Assembly (NCBI RefSeq): GCF_020745735.1
Contig: NC_083420.1
Span: 36,456,001-36,520,000 of the forward strand
Source of the DNA: Hemiscyllium ocellatum
Lineage: Eukaryota
Length of the DNA stretch: 64,000 bases
Direction of reading: 5' to 3'
Below the pieces are notes generated by a model, which worked only from the letters and a program-made list of their open reading frames with translations, had not been told where the DNA came from and did no database searches. The translations under genes were made by a program, and so were the position numbers. How positions within the stretch are numbered: position 1 is the stretch's first letter; each line of letters opens with the position of its first letter. Positions 1 through 12,107 of this stretch are shown piece after piece.

Positions 1-101
1 CAAGGGAATATTTAGGAAAGGAAGAACAACCTGCAGAGTGCTGCCATGTCAATCAGTCAGAGATGGTGAATGAGGATAATGCTGTGGAATATATTGAAGA
101 G
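1..101 (+). CDS. PALB2: PALB2, 3' end of large exon (approx. human exon 5), partial
   Basis: Open frame from nt 3 (REYLGKEEQPAECCHVNQSEMVNEDNAVEYIEE) ends at GAG|GTATGT, phase 0, compatible with the next exon. Sequence is poorly conserved, so the call rests on position. Confidence 0.6.
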
Positions 102-732
102 GTATGTTTTCTTTTAGTATGCTGCTTAGTGTTATGGTGAGATTGTTGCCGTTAAGTGTTGTAGTGTAGCATACTGACTCCCTCATCTTGAGTGTTGTTG
201 ATGAGGCAAAACTGCAGAGGTAAAAAAAACTATCTGACAAGGGCTAGATCAACTGTTGGACCACTCTACTGAGTCAGCCTGCTACAATTTGTCTCCCCTC
301 TGGCGAAAGGTGTGTGCTAGAGATGTAGAATTGAATGAATACCAGAGCACTTTTTTTTCTTTTGTTTGGTACTTCAGATCTGTTCCTACTGCCGAGGACA
401 GCAATTTCTACTAGTCATTCTGTGTTATCCACCCTAAACAAAAAAAAATGTGATGATTATTATTATTATTATAATATTAAATCTTTTACTTTTATCAATA
501 GTTTCCTAGCCCCCTTCAATGTTATCCAAAATGGTTTGGGCAGGATACGGCATTAATTAAAAAAATGCAGTAACTTGGCAACTTTTACTTTACATTTACT
601 TTTGAAATAGAGATGAGAGGCTGCTGACTCACCTAAAGTCTGACAGTTCTATACTATTGAACAGATTGTGTATAACAATTCTTTAATGGTGAAAGAGTCT
701 TTTAACTCAATTTTACGGGTTTTTTTTAATAG

Positions 733-822
733 GAGAATAATGATGCATTGACTCCTCCGCTTGGCAACCGGTTACAGCAAAAGCCAGAGAGGCAAACATT
801 GCACCTAATTTCCAAGATACAG
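733..822 (+). CDS. PALB2: PALB2 exon (approx. exon 6)
   Basis: ttttttaatAG|ENNDALTPPLGNRLQQKPERQTLHLISKIQ|GTtagt; 90 nt, phase 0/0. LHLISKIQ corresponds to human LQLVSELK at the start of the WD40 region. Confidence 0.85.
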
Positions 823-974
823 GTTAGTAAACAGTAGCCAATGTCAGATTATAAATGATAATGTTTTCTTTACAAAGTGACTGAGTTACCTATAAAACAG
901 CCTGATTTATAAACCCATTCAGACTATTGATCAGTTATATACCTGGATCCAGGAATGATGCCGGTAATTGCAGA

Positions 975-1810
975 AGTATTATGGTGCAGGAGGCCATTTG
1001 GTCCATTGTCTACACTGGCTCTTCAAATAAATATTATTACCTACTGCCAATTTCCTACTTTATCCCCATTGTCTTGCATATAATTTCTATCCAAATAATC
1101 ATTCAATAGCTTCTTGAATGCCTCAGTTTAATTTGCCTTCACCACACTTAAAAGCAGTGCATTTCTTACTGTAATTGCTCAGTGTGTGAAAAATATTTCT
1201 TCATGCACTACATTTACTCCTTTTGCGTATCACTTTAAATCTGTGCCCTCTAGTTCTTGATCCTTTAACAACTGGGAAAAGTTTTTCTCTATCTACTCTT
1301 TCAAGCTTGCTGATGATTTTGAAAACCTCTACCACATCTCCTCTTAGACTTCTTCTTTCCAAGGAGAATAGTCCCAACTTCAATTTATTCCTCATAACCC
1401 ATTCTTGTAAATCGCTTCTGCACTAATCCCATGCGTTTACATCCCTCCTGTAATGTGGTGCTCAGAACTGCACACAGTACTCCAGCTGAGATGTATCAGT
1501 TGTCTTTTAAAAATTCAAAATCACCTCCTTTGTCTTGTACTCTGTCCCTATTAATAAAACCCAGGATACTGTTTACTTTATTAATTGCTCTTTCAGCCAG
1601 TTCTGCCACCTTCAGTGATCTGTACACATATACACCAAAGTTCCTTTACTCCTGCACCCCTTTTAGAATTGTAACCCCTATTTTATCTTCGAATGTTCTT
1701 CTTATCAAAATGAATCACTTTACACTTCTCCACATTGAACCCATTTGCCACCAATCTGCCCACTCTACAAACTTGTCTACATCCTAGACAGTCCTACACT
1801 GTCCTTCTCA
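975..1810 (-). mobile_element. CR1-type LINE, 5'-truncated and decayed
   Basis: Minus ORF 1201-1395 LGLFSLERRSLRGDVVEVFKII...RTRGHRFKV is the characteristic CR1 ORF2 C-terminus. Confidence 0.85.
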
Positions 1811-2013
1811 TAGTTTACTGTACTTCCATGTTTCTCTGTTTTGTTGAACAAAGTCCAAGGAAGTATCCATTGTAACAGGAGGAGGAACAATTGTTTTCTT
1901 TTTAAATAAGAAATGTGAACATTTGGTCCTTCAAAAAGGCAAATTTATACCTGCTTTAAGCAAGACCTAATCTAGATACAGAGGAACCTTGATTACCCAA
2001 ATGACATGGGCGG

Positions 2014-2697
2014 TGTTATGAAAATGTGGATGTACTATACCTTTAAGAGAGTAAAAGCTAGCAATGACAGCACCAAGTGTTCTCAATAAGATACAATGTA
2101 ACATGTGCTCCAGCTACTGGGGTAGCTAGTTGCCTAGAAACAACAAAACAATTTGAATTTGACCAATCAGTTTAATTTATATCCCAAAAAACATATCGAA
2201 TTCCAATCACGTTTGAATTGAGTATATTGACAATCTTAAAAGCCAATGACACAATCCGACGTTTGGGATATAAGACTGGGGAAAATTGAACAGCTGGGGG
2301 GAGAACTGCCACCAGACCTACAACTGTAGTCTGCTAGTCAGGACTCTGAGAGATACCTGTCTAGAGAAGGAGTTTGCATAGAGAGAAACCTCAACACTGA
2401 CCTCGAGAGAGAATCTACCGACGAAGATGAAGAGATTTAGCTGCTGGCTGGTTTTAAAATTTGAATTTTCCAGTAAATCCTAACTGGGAATTTTATCAGA
2501 TTAGTATCATAGAAGGGATGGTAAAGATAGGTTAGAGAAAGGAGGTGTAAATAGTCGTGAGTTAATTATTCTCTGTTATACTTTAAGAAATAAAGTTATT
2601 AATTTTTACTTGAAAATTTGCAGATTACTGCACGGGATTAATCCTTTATGAGTTGCTGGTTTAAATTAAGCAGGCGGGTTTACCCCATGTCGTAATA
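2014..2697 (+). repeat. 5' LTR
   Basis: TGTTATGAAAATGTGG...GTCGTAATA; collinear with 7479-8161. Confidence 0.93.
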
Positions 2698-2700
2698 GAT

Positions 2701-2729
2701 TTGGGGTTCGGGTCCTTGATTTGAACCGG
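2701..2729 (+). other. Primer-binding site, tRNA-Pro-like
   Basis: TTGGGGTTCGGGTCCTTGATTTGAACCGG resembles the tRNA-Pro 3' complement TGGGGGCTCGTCCGGGATTTGAACCCGG. Confidence 0.65.
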
Positions 2730-5700
2730 TTTAGACAAATTTGAATAGATTTGGGGTTTGAATAATCCGAGCAGATGTAACCACTTGCAGGTTAGTGTCC
2801 AAGATCTTTAAACAAAATGTAGGTGAAACAATTTGTTTAATTTTGGTGACTTGTGACTGATTAGATTAAAAGTGAGAGAAATGGTTCTTAAACTTGCTAA
2901 AGAGGTTCTGGGATTTGAAGATTATTCTCAAATTTGCCAAGAAAGTTTAGAAGGAAACAAAAAGGCCATACCTTTAGAATGAGCAAATATGTTAGATTCT
3001 GGTTTAACCAAGGACAAAAGTAAAGCTGAAATTGTGAGTGAGTTACACAAACACTTAGGTGTGTCAGAGAAACAGACAAGTGCAGTAGAGGTAGAAAAAC
3101 TTAAATTACAATTGAGAAAAATGGAGTTAGAAGATAAACAGAGAAAGAAAAAGTTTTTGGCTGAGCAAGAGGCAGAGGAGAAAGAGACAGAGAAGAAAGG
3201 GAAAGTGAAAGAGAATTTGAACTTGAGAGGTTTTAACTTAGCCAGCAAAGTCAAGTTAACAGGGTGGAAATTAAACGTGAAGGTAGTGATATATATAAAT
3301 ATGTCAAAACGCTGCCACATTTTAATGAGAAATATGTTGAAGCCTTCTTTATTTCATTTGAAAAATTGGCTAGGCAGATGGAGTGGTCTGAGGATTTCTG
3401 GGTAATGCTGGTTCAGACTAAACTGTAGGCAGAACTAGTGAGGTATTTGCTGCACTGTCAGATGAGGGGTCAAGACGTTATGAAGAGATTAAACAGACTA
3501 TTTTAAGTGCTTATGAATTGTTACCAGAAACATATAGACATCAGTTCAGAAACCCAAAGAAGGAACCGGGTCAGACTTATGTTGAGTTTGAAAGAATTAA
3601 ACATAGTCATTTTGATCTATGGGTGCATGCTTTGAAAATAGATAAGACATTTGAGGCTCTAAGAGAGATTATTTTGCTGGAGGAGTTTAAAAACTTACTT
3701 CCAGAGATTGGAAAAATTCATGTGGAGCAATAGAAAGTTCAGGAAGTGAGAAGGGCAACAGAATTGCAGATGAGTGCAGGTTGGTGCATTAGACAGCTTC
3801 CAGCCAGAATTTCGTCCTGTGAGGGATAGAAATTGGGAGAAAGGGAGATCCTACACTACGAAACCAAGAGCAGAGAGCACTGGTAAGAATTTACCACAGG
3901 ATAAAAAAGAAGCTCAAGAGGGTGGAAAGGGAGGCAAAAGACCTCAGGTATTTCCATTGTAGTTACGTGGGACACGTAAAGTCACAGTGCTGGTCGTTAA
4001 AGAAAGGCACTGTGGGAAAAGATGAGGTAAAAGAAGCGAAGCCAGTGGCATTAGTCAAGGTAGTAAAGGAAACTTCAAGAAGAGCCTATGAGCTGCAGGA
4101 GTGTGCACAGCCTAGGCAGGGGCTGGGTATGGAGTTAGTACCTGATCTTTACAAAGAATTTGCCACAGTGGGTAAAGTTTCCTCAAAGAACAGGGGGAGA
4201 AGAACAAGAAAGTATAATTTTGAGATATACAGCATTTAACCAGTCGCTGATAGTAAGAGGTGAGTGAATATGCAGTCTTTCTGATCTGTTACCCAAGAGT
4301 GTGGTAATATGTGGGATAGATGGACAGAAATTTAGCGTTCCCTTATGTAACATCAGTTTGGTGTGCCAACTCAAGACTGTGGAAGTAACAGTGGGAGTAA
4401 TTGACAGAGTGTCAGTTCCAGGAATTCAGTTTATTCTTGGGAATGATTTGGCCGGATCCAAGGTGGGAGCGATACCCCTCGTGGAGAAGCCCAAGGAAGA
4501 TCAAAAAACTGAGGAGTTAAAACAGAAATATCCTGGTATTTTCCCAGACTGTGTAGTAACCAGATCCCAATATCATAAGTCACAACACAAAGCAAAAAGT
4601 AAAGAGAAAGATAAAGGAGTTGAAGTTCAGTTAGCAGATAGCCTATTTGACATAATAGTGCAGGAAAAATCTGAACAGGCAGAGGGTCAGACAGAAGTTT
4701 TTCGTCCTGGAAGGCTAAGAGACAGCAAGACAAGATGATAAAAGATACATATGTGGATGCGTACTCTGAAAGGAGGCAGAGAATATTCCGGAGGGTTATT
4801 ACTTGAAAGATAGAATCCTAAGACAGAAATGGCAGGTTAGTACAGAGAGGAAATGGTCCGAAGTGCACCTAATTGTATCGCAGGTAGCATACAGACAGGA
4901 GGTGTTATGGGTAGCACATGAGCTATCTGTAGGAGGTCACCTAGGGGTACAAAAGACTCAGGCTAAGGTACAGAAACATTTTTATTGGCCTGGAATGCAC
5001 AAGAATGTAATTAAGTTTTGAAGTAAGTGTCATACATGCCAAATGGTAGGTAAGCCACAGGCGATAATAAAACCAGCACCTTTGTTGCCAATTCCTGCAT
5101 TTTAAGAACCTTTCACATGGGTTATAATTGACTGTGTAGGCCCCCTCCCGAGAACTAAAAGTGGGAACCAGTATTTGTTAACCATAATGGATGTGTCTAC
5201 CAGATGTCCGGAGGCAATTCCATTTTGGAGTATCAAAGCAAAAAAGGTGGTAGAGGAGATAGTAGCTTTCTTCACATGGTATGGGTTACCCAGAGAGATT
5301 CACTTGGACCAAGGGTCAAATTTTACTGCTAGGCTGTTTAAGGAAGTTATGGATAGGTTAGGTATACAGCACTTTAAATCCAGTGCTTACCATCCTGAAT
5401 CCCAGCGAGCTTTAGAAAGGTGGCGTCAGACCTCGAAGACCATGTTGAGAACATACTGTCAGGATTTCCCGAATGATTGGGATAAAGGTGTCCCATACGT
5501 ATTGTTTGCCGTTAGACATACCCCAAACGAACCTACTCAGTTTACTCCTTTTGAGTTAATATTCGGGCATGAAGTGAGAGGCCCTTTGAAAATAAAGAAA
5601 AATTGACAGGACGAAAGTCAGAGATCTCACACTTAGATAATGTATCAGAGGTGTGGGACAGATTTAGTAGAGTAGGTGAGTTAGCTAAACGGCATCTAAA

Positions 5701-7478
5701 GTGGACACAGTGTGGAATGAAGCAGGTGGCAAATAAAAGCTCTGTAACTTGGACGTTGTCCCAAGGGGATGATGTGTTAGTACTGTTACCAGTGATAGGA
5801 GATCCCTTCAAAGCCAGGTTTAGTGGTCCCTATTAAATTGAGAAGTTCTTGAGTCAGGTGAACTATTTAGTTAAGATGCCAGATAGAAAAAAATGGTATC
5901 GAGTATGTCACGTGAACATGTTGAAATCATATTATACATGAGAGAAAGAACTGGACAAACAGGTGTTACCGCCCCGCAGAATGAGGAGTCAAATTCAGAT
6001 GATGTGGATTTTAATATACCTTAAAATAGATTTAAAAATGAAGGAGTCCTTGCAGTGTGGGATACATTAGTAAGCTATCTGTCTCAGGAGCACAGAACGC
6101 AATTGAAAGATTTGTTACTGCAGTATAATGACATATGTAAGAATCAGATGGGGAGGACTAATGCTATTGTACAAGAAGTAGACAGAGGGAATACTGCTCA
6201 GATAAATCAACACCCCTATTGGCTTAATCATTTCAAAGCCAGACAGGTTCAGATGGAGGTGGAGAACATGCTCGACGAGGACATCATCGAACCAAGCCAG
6301 ACCAAGTGGAGTTCGCTGATCGTCTTAGTTCCCAAACCGGATGGTCTCAACGATTCTGCGTGGATTATCGGAAGGTCAACGCCGTTACAAAATTGGACTC
6401 ATATCCAATTCCTAGATTGGTGGACTGTGTTGAGAAAGTGGGACAAACCAGTTATGTCACCAAATTGGACTTAATGTGTGGTTACTGGTAGGTACCTTTA
6501 TCAGCGACAGTGAAAGAAATTTCTGCGTTTGTAACCCCAAATGGGTCTATTAGTTTAAAGTGATGCCCTTACGAATGAAGAATGCACCCGCCACATTGCA
6601 AAGACTCATGAACAGAGTTGTGGCTGGGTTAAGTCCTGGAATGATCACATGATACAATTGGCAGAGCTCTTTGAATGACTACAAGAAGCAAAACTGGTGA
6701 TAAATTTAAATAAAACAGTTCTTGGGACGTAACATCGGTCATGGAAGGTTGACCCCATGGAACGCAAAGACGAAGGCCATCGAGGAATTTCTATGACCAA
6801 TCTCGAAGAAAGAGATGCTTCGATTTTTGGACTCAGCGGATTCTATTGGAAGTTTGTTCCAAACTTCAGCAGTGTAGTGGCACCGTTAACCGATTTGCTG
6901 AAGAAGAACATGAAGTTTCTGTGGACAGAACCACGCCAGGAGACATTCGAACATTTGAAATCAATTTTAGCTATACCAAACTTTTCAAAACCTTTTAAAG
7001 TTGCCATTGATGTTAGTGACATTGGAGTTGGAGCTGTACTCCTCCAGGAAGATGAGGATGGGATTGAACTGCCAGTTGGTTACTTTTCGAAGAAGATCAA
7101 CATCCACCAGAGGAAATGCTCAATGGTCGATAAATAACTATTGAGTTTGGTACTGGTCTTACAATATTTTAATGTGTGTCATGAACAAGATATCGGAGAC
7201 AGTTGTGTACACTGACCACAATCCGCTTTCAAGACAAGAAAATCGTACATCTAGGGGTCGAAAAAATGTAATTGCAGATGTGTTATTGCAGGTTTAACTG
7301 AGAGTTTAGATGAGATTTGTCTTTATTTAATGTTTTATATATATAAGGTCTATGGGAAGAAATTAAGGTGAACTTATATTAAAGTTATCTGTAGGTTGGG
7401 TAATGTATATAAAAAGTAGCGATAAAGGAATGAAGTCATCTTTTTATTATGATGGTTCATTTTTCTTTAAGGGGGAGG

Positions 7479-8161
7479 TGTTATGAAGATGTGGGTATAC
7501 TATACCTTTAAGAGAGTAAAAGCAAGCAGTGACAGTGCCAAGTGTTCTCAATAAGATACAATATAACATGTGCTCCAGCTACTGGGGTAGCTCTTTGCCT
7601 GGAAAAGATAAAACAATTCTAATTTGGCCAATCAGTTTAAATTATACTCCAAAAAAAAAACCGAATTCCAATCACGTTTGAATTGAGTATATTGACAAAA
7701 GCCACTGACAATCCGATTGTTGGGGTATAAGACCGGGGAAAATTGAACAATTGATCTACTAGCTGTAGACTGCTAGTCAGAACTCTGAGAGGTACCCGTC
7801 TAGAGAAGGAGTTTGCACAGAGAGAAACCTCAACACTAACCTGGAGAGACAATCTACCAATGAAGATAAAGAGAAGATTCAGCTGCTGGCTGGTTTTAAA
7901 ATTTGAACTTTCCTGTAAATCTTAATTGAGAGTTTTATCAGACTAGTATTATCGAATGGAAGGTCAAGATAGGTTAGAGAAAGGAAGTGTAAATAATTGA
8001 GTTAATTATTCTCTTATTCTCTTATACTTTAAGAAATAAAGTTGTTAATTTTTACTTTGAATCATTCTTGGCCTCTCGAATTTTCACAGATTACTGCGCA
8101 GGATAAATCTTTTGTGTTGCTAGTTTAAATTAAGTAGGAGGATTTACCATGTGTTGTAATA
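7479..8161 (+). repeat. 3' LTR
   Basis: Begins TGTTATGAAGATGTGG directly after the polypurine tract and ends GTTGTAATA. Confidence 0.93.
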
Positions 8162-8516
8162 GGCAGGGAATATTTTGTGTAGATAATCAAATGCCAGATA
8201 ATATAGTTTAGCCAAGCATCGTGACCTTGCGCTCCTGTTCGGATAATCCGAAAATTTGGATAGTCGAATGCCGGATAATCGAGGTTCCTCTGTGTAGAGG
8301 CTCCTCTGTGTAGAGGCTCGTTTTAAGAAAGTGCACGTCTATCAGTGACCTCTATGATTTCACAATATGCGCACGGTTGGAAGAGGCTCATTATTGAGAA
8401 AATTTTTCCTGTGGAGCAGCCTTGACTGCTGTTGTGAAGTAGAGTTGCTCTTCAATAGCAATAGTTCTTTGTGCTCATATTTGGAGTTTAAATAATTTTC
8501 TCACTTGTCTTTATAG

Positions 8517-8678
8517 AATCCATCAACCTCCTGTATTATTGACTTATGTACAGTATTTTGGATGGTGAAAGAGGCTAAAACATTATGCATTGCCTGTGCT
8601 TGTGAAACAGCAGTGTTCTTGTGGGCCCCACAGCAGCTAAGCCAGTGGACTAATATCCATATGTGGGTCTTTGATAAA
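8517..8678 (+). CDS. PALB2: PALB2 exon (approx. exon 7), WD40
   Basis: ttatAG|NPSTSCIIDLCTVFWMVKEAKTLCIACACETAVFLWAPQQLSQWTNIHMWVFDK|GTaaga; 162 nt. Matches human NPSGSCSVDVSAMFW...CIITACEDVVSLW. Confidence 0.95.
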
Positions 8679-9665
8679 GTAAGATACCAGTTCTTTTTGT
8701 GCATTGCCTTAACTCTGATCTGACAATCTAGTATTCAGTGCTAAATAATTTATGTTGAACAGCGTTAAAGTACATGTTTGAATCAATTACTTTAAATTCT
8801 GTCAGAATTTTGAATGCCTTGTCAAAATTGCAAAGTTTAAAGCCTTATTAATTTGTTATCAAATATCTGCAAACCTGCATATGAAACCATTTAATAACCA
8901 TCTTCTACTTAGAATGGGAAAAGATTGGAATGATGTAGTTAAAAACAGTGTTACAGTGCAATTGGTGCTACAGACTGAAATTTAACACCACTGTACCTAT
9001 TGTCTCATTGTTCTCCTCTCTTCATCCCAAAAGATATTCTAGATTTGCCCTATATACCTGAAGTTCTCTCCCCTGAGGTTGGGAGAAGTCTTAATTCCAT
9101 GTTTCCACACAAGATCCTTTAGAGATGTTACACAATATATGTATGGATTTACAAAAAAGAAAATTCTAACCTTAATTCACCAGACAGGATTAATATGGCA
9201 GGGGAGAAGAATGTATTGCCTCCCCCTCATCTGAACCAATGCCACTGAGTCAGCTGATAGATGACAGACAAAAGCAGGCTCAGGATCAGCTACTTTTGCT
9301 TTCTCAAGCACTTTGTCGTCTTTTGTTTGTGAGAGGTTGGTAGGGATGTGCCCAGCAGGAGCCCAAATATGATAAAGCTGCAATCAGGAATTTATTTGAG
9401 TCTCAAATCTATTAAATGCTCCAATCTGGTTTTGCATCACAAATGTGGACAGCCTTTTCAGTTGATTATGTTCAGTAGCCAATTGACAACTGTTCGGCTT
9501 CATATACAGTTCATATTGTGTTTTAGAGTCGAAGGTAATCAAAAAGTGTGCTAAAGCGAATGACTGTTGTTGTTATGATTAGTGGATTATGAACAGGACC
9601 CTCCTATGTCTTTTAAAAAAATACTGATATTGCCTTAATGTGATTACACTTCCCCACTCTTGCAG

Positions 9666-9751
9666 GTTCCAATAATTGAACTCATCCCCATTCCAGATGC
9701 TGTGAACATCCTGTGTGTGGCCTTTGGAAATCTGGAGATAAGAGAAGTCAA
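9666..9751 (+). CDS. PALB2: PALB2 exon (approx. exon 8), WD40
   Basis: tgcAG|VPIIELIPIPDAVNILCVAFGNLEIREV(K)|GTaaga; 86 nt. Human: [29 protein letters not shown]. Confidence 0.96.
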
Positions 9752-11210
9752 GTAAGACAACAAAGCATATTGACAAAATCATGGAAAGAACTGATTGTTT
9801 ACACTCTCAGTATTTTACAGAGAAGTGAGGGTTTGCACTACATTTAAACGTAGTAATTTTGTTTTCACAATCAAATGAGGTTACCGAGAGAGTCCTTCGC
9901 AGCCTCTCCTCTCACCCAGTGACCCTCCGGTTTAACCACCACTAGTTGTCTCTCTCTAATGAGAAAGCAGCCCTAGGATTTGGTATGACAATGGTGACTT
10001 CACTTCAATTTTGTATCCTGACATGTTTTTTCTGAAACATGGTGTTTTTGTGGTAATTAGACTTTCACGGACCAACTATTGTTATGACAAGGTGAGGAGA
10101 AACCCCTCCCTTCAGTCAGTTGCAACAAACGTTTTTTTTCTTTTTAGCATGCAAATACATCACATAAGATGTAATTATCTAAATCTAAATGAAGGAGACA
10201 ATTACAAGGTTTTCTTGAGCAAAAGAAAGAAGACTTTATTATCAACTAACCCCAAGGAAAAAGTAATAAAATGTGACATTTCCAGAAGCATATAAGCATG
10301 AGCAATAAGTTTAAAAAACAGTCTGTTACATACTGGGAGAACTAAGGTCATACAGTTTAAAAGCCTTCGGTATCTTTGAGGTGTTAGATTCTATGCCTGA
10401 GGCTAGGATTGGTTAGTTATTGACCAATAATGAGTAAAGATCTGCATCAGTAACAGAATCTGTGAGTACTATAGTTTTGAATTCTCGGTGAATGGTTATT
10501 TCTCCAAGTTGTTTTTCCACCAGGTTCTGTTTTGCAATTTGATGAGAAGAAGTTAAAGTTGTAGCTGTTGTCACAAATGCATTTATCCTTCTTTCTGCCC
10601 TGCTGTTCAAAAACAGCTGTTGAAATGTAATTCAATGTGTATTCCAGAACCTAGCTCCATTGTCTTTCCAAATTGGATTATTTGGTTGTTCATCTCCCAA
10701 TGTTTGAAATTATCTTGCACATTTGAAGAAAATAGGAGTTGTGAATTTCTTGAAGCTGACTCAGTTGCCTTGCCTGCTTTCACTGGCTTTTGTTGAAAAT
10801 AATAATTTCAGTGCACACAGTTTACCTTTTGCACACTTTTGAATAACTTTTCAATCTGCAATCGAGTCATCCAGTGCAGCCAGTTTAGTTCCATATTTTG
10901 TACTTTTTAAAAAAAACTTTAATCTAAGAACTATTAGATACAATTAGCAACTGATGGAAGTTAAATTCATTGATCTATTTTTACTATTTTGGTAACAATA
11001 TTTTCATAAAAATAATCAGTTGTGCAGTTTATTTTAGTTGGAATTGACTCTCACCCTTCCTTATATTATTCTTCGCACTACCTGTGTGTAGTGCATTGGA
11101 AAAGTGGGAAGTGGACTTAAATACTGCTAAGGTGTGAAACCAGAGCAGAGGCTAGATATTTCTACATAATGGGGCAAGAATACAGATTTAGACCTTAAGA
11201 CTGGAGTATA

Positions 11211-11565
11211 GGGGAGGCGGTGGCATAGTGATAATGTACATGGAATAGTAATCTAGAGGCAGAGGTGAATGTTCATTGAATCCCACCATGACACAGGGGA
11301 AAATTTGAATTTGATTAAAAAGAAAATCTGGGATTAAACATTGACTTAATGACAACAATGAAACCATTGTTATATAAAAAGTCTATCTGTTTCACTCATG
11401 TCCTTTAGGGAAGGAAATCTGTCATCTAGCCTAAAGATGAGTCAAACCCACAGAAATGTGTTGACTCTGAAATGCCTTCTGAAACGTCCAAGCAAGATAC
11501 TCAGTTGAAGTGCAGTCAGGGGCAACCATCAAATGCAGGCCTTGCTGGTGACGCCCACATCCCTT
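11211..11565 (+). mobile_element. Old tRNA-derived SINE (Deu-domain/SacSINE1-like)
   Basis: A-box-like GGTGGCATAGTG head, TTCACTCATGTCCTTTAGGGAAGGAAATCTG core, and tail GGCCTTGCTGGTGACGCCCACATCCC shared with local LINE 3' ends; similar copy at 43940-44270. Confidence 0.6.
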
Positions 11566-11948
11566 CCATTGTGATTAATTTTATTAGTGTATTAAACTTC
11601 TTTTGAATAGAAAATTACTTTGCTTTTGCTTAAAATACTGTGCTTCAAGCACTGTAAAAAGTTTTATTGTGTATCTAATCTGTGCTTGTACCTGCCATTG
11701 GATATGTTTAATGCATGGGGTGCTTTGCCTTGTACTTAAAATTAATTGCACCAGATTTGTTTTTAATATTGTTTGAAAAGTGGTGAACTATTCTATTCCC
11801 AGCACAGATCACCTTCCACATTTCATCAAATGCTTTTTGTGTATATATCAACAAAATAATTTTACCCAGAATATTACAACAATTTTCATCATAGGCCAAT
11901 TGGAAATGCAACCTGGCTGATTAATTTTTTTTATTGGCCTTTTTTAAG

Positions 11949-12107
11949 AGTATTGCACTCTGTGGAGAGAAACTGCTTGGAACACACCCTGCTGCAGACA
12001 GGAGATATAAATGCGTTGCTTGGGTTGCCTGGAAGGAGGCTGGTCTGCTCTTGTGGCACACTTCAAAGTCAGCACATAGAATTGAACATCCTATCCAAAG
12101 AAGGAAG
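11949..12107 (+). CDS. PALB2: PALB2 exon (approx. exon 9), WD40
   Basis: tttttaAG|..VLHSVERNCLEHTLLQTGDINALLGLPGRRLVCSCGTLQSQHIELNILSKEG(R)|GTcaga; phase 2/2. Human: [31 protein letters not shown]. Confidence 0.93.

Larger units (their letters stand above)
2014..8161 (+). mobile_element. Full-length decayed Ty3/gypsy LTR retrotransposon, Gmr1-like domain order (gag-INT-RT-RNaseH)
   Basis: Two ~684-bp LTRs; TSD GGCGG/GGCAG; PBS; PPT AAGGGGGAGG 7469-7478. Gag has a SCAN-like segment (3518-3733) and a zinc-knuckle remnant (C..GHVKSQC, ~3955-3990). Integrase HHCC plus core at 4900-5600, RT at ~6050-6750 (RFCVDYRKVN, YPIPR), RNaseH at ~6950-7290. Many stops and frameshifts. Confidence 0.95.
1979..8292. 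mobile_element. Tc1/mariner (Tigger/pogo-like) MITE split by the LTR element (pieces 1979-2013 and 8162-8292)
   Basis: TA|CAGAGGAACCTTGATTACCC at the left and GGATAATCGAGGTTCCTCTG at the right are terminal inverted repeats; internal GGATAATC subrepeats are present. Confidence 0.8.
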
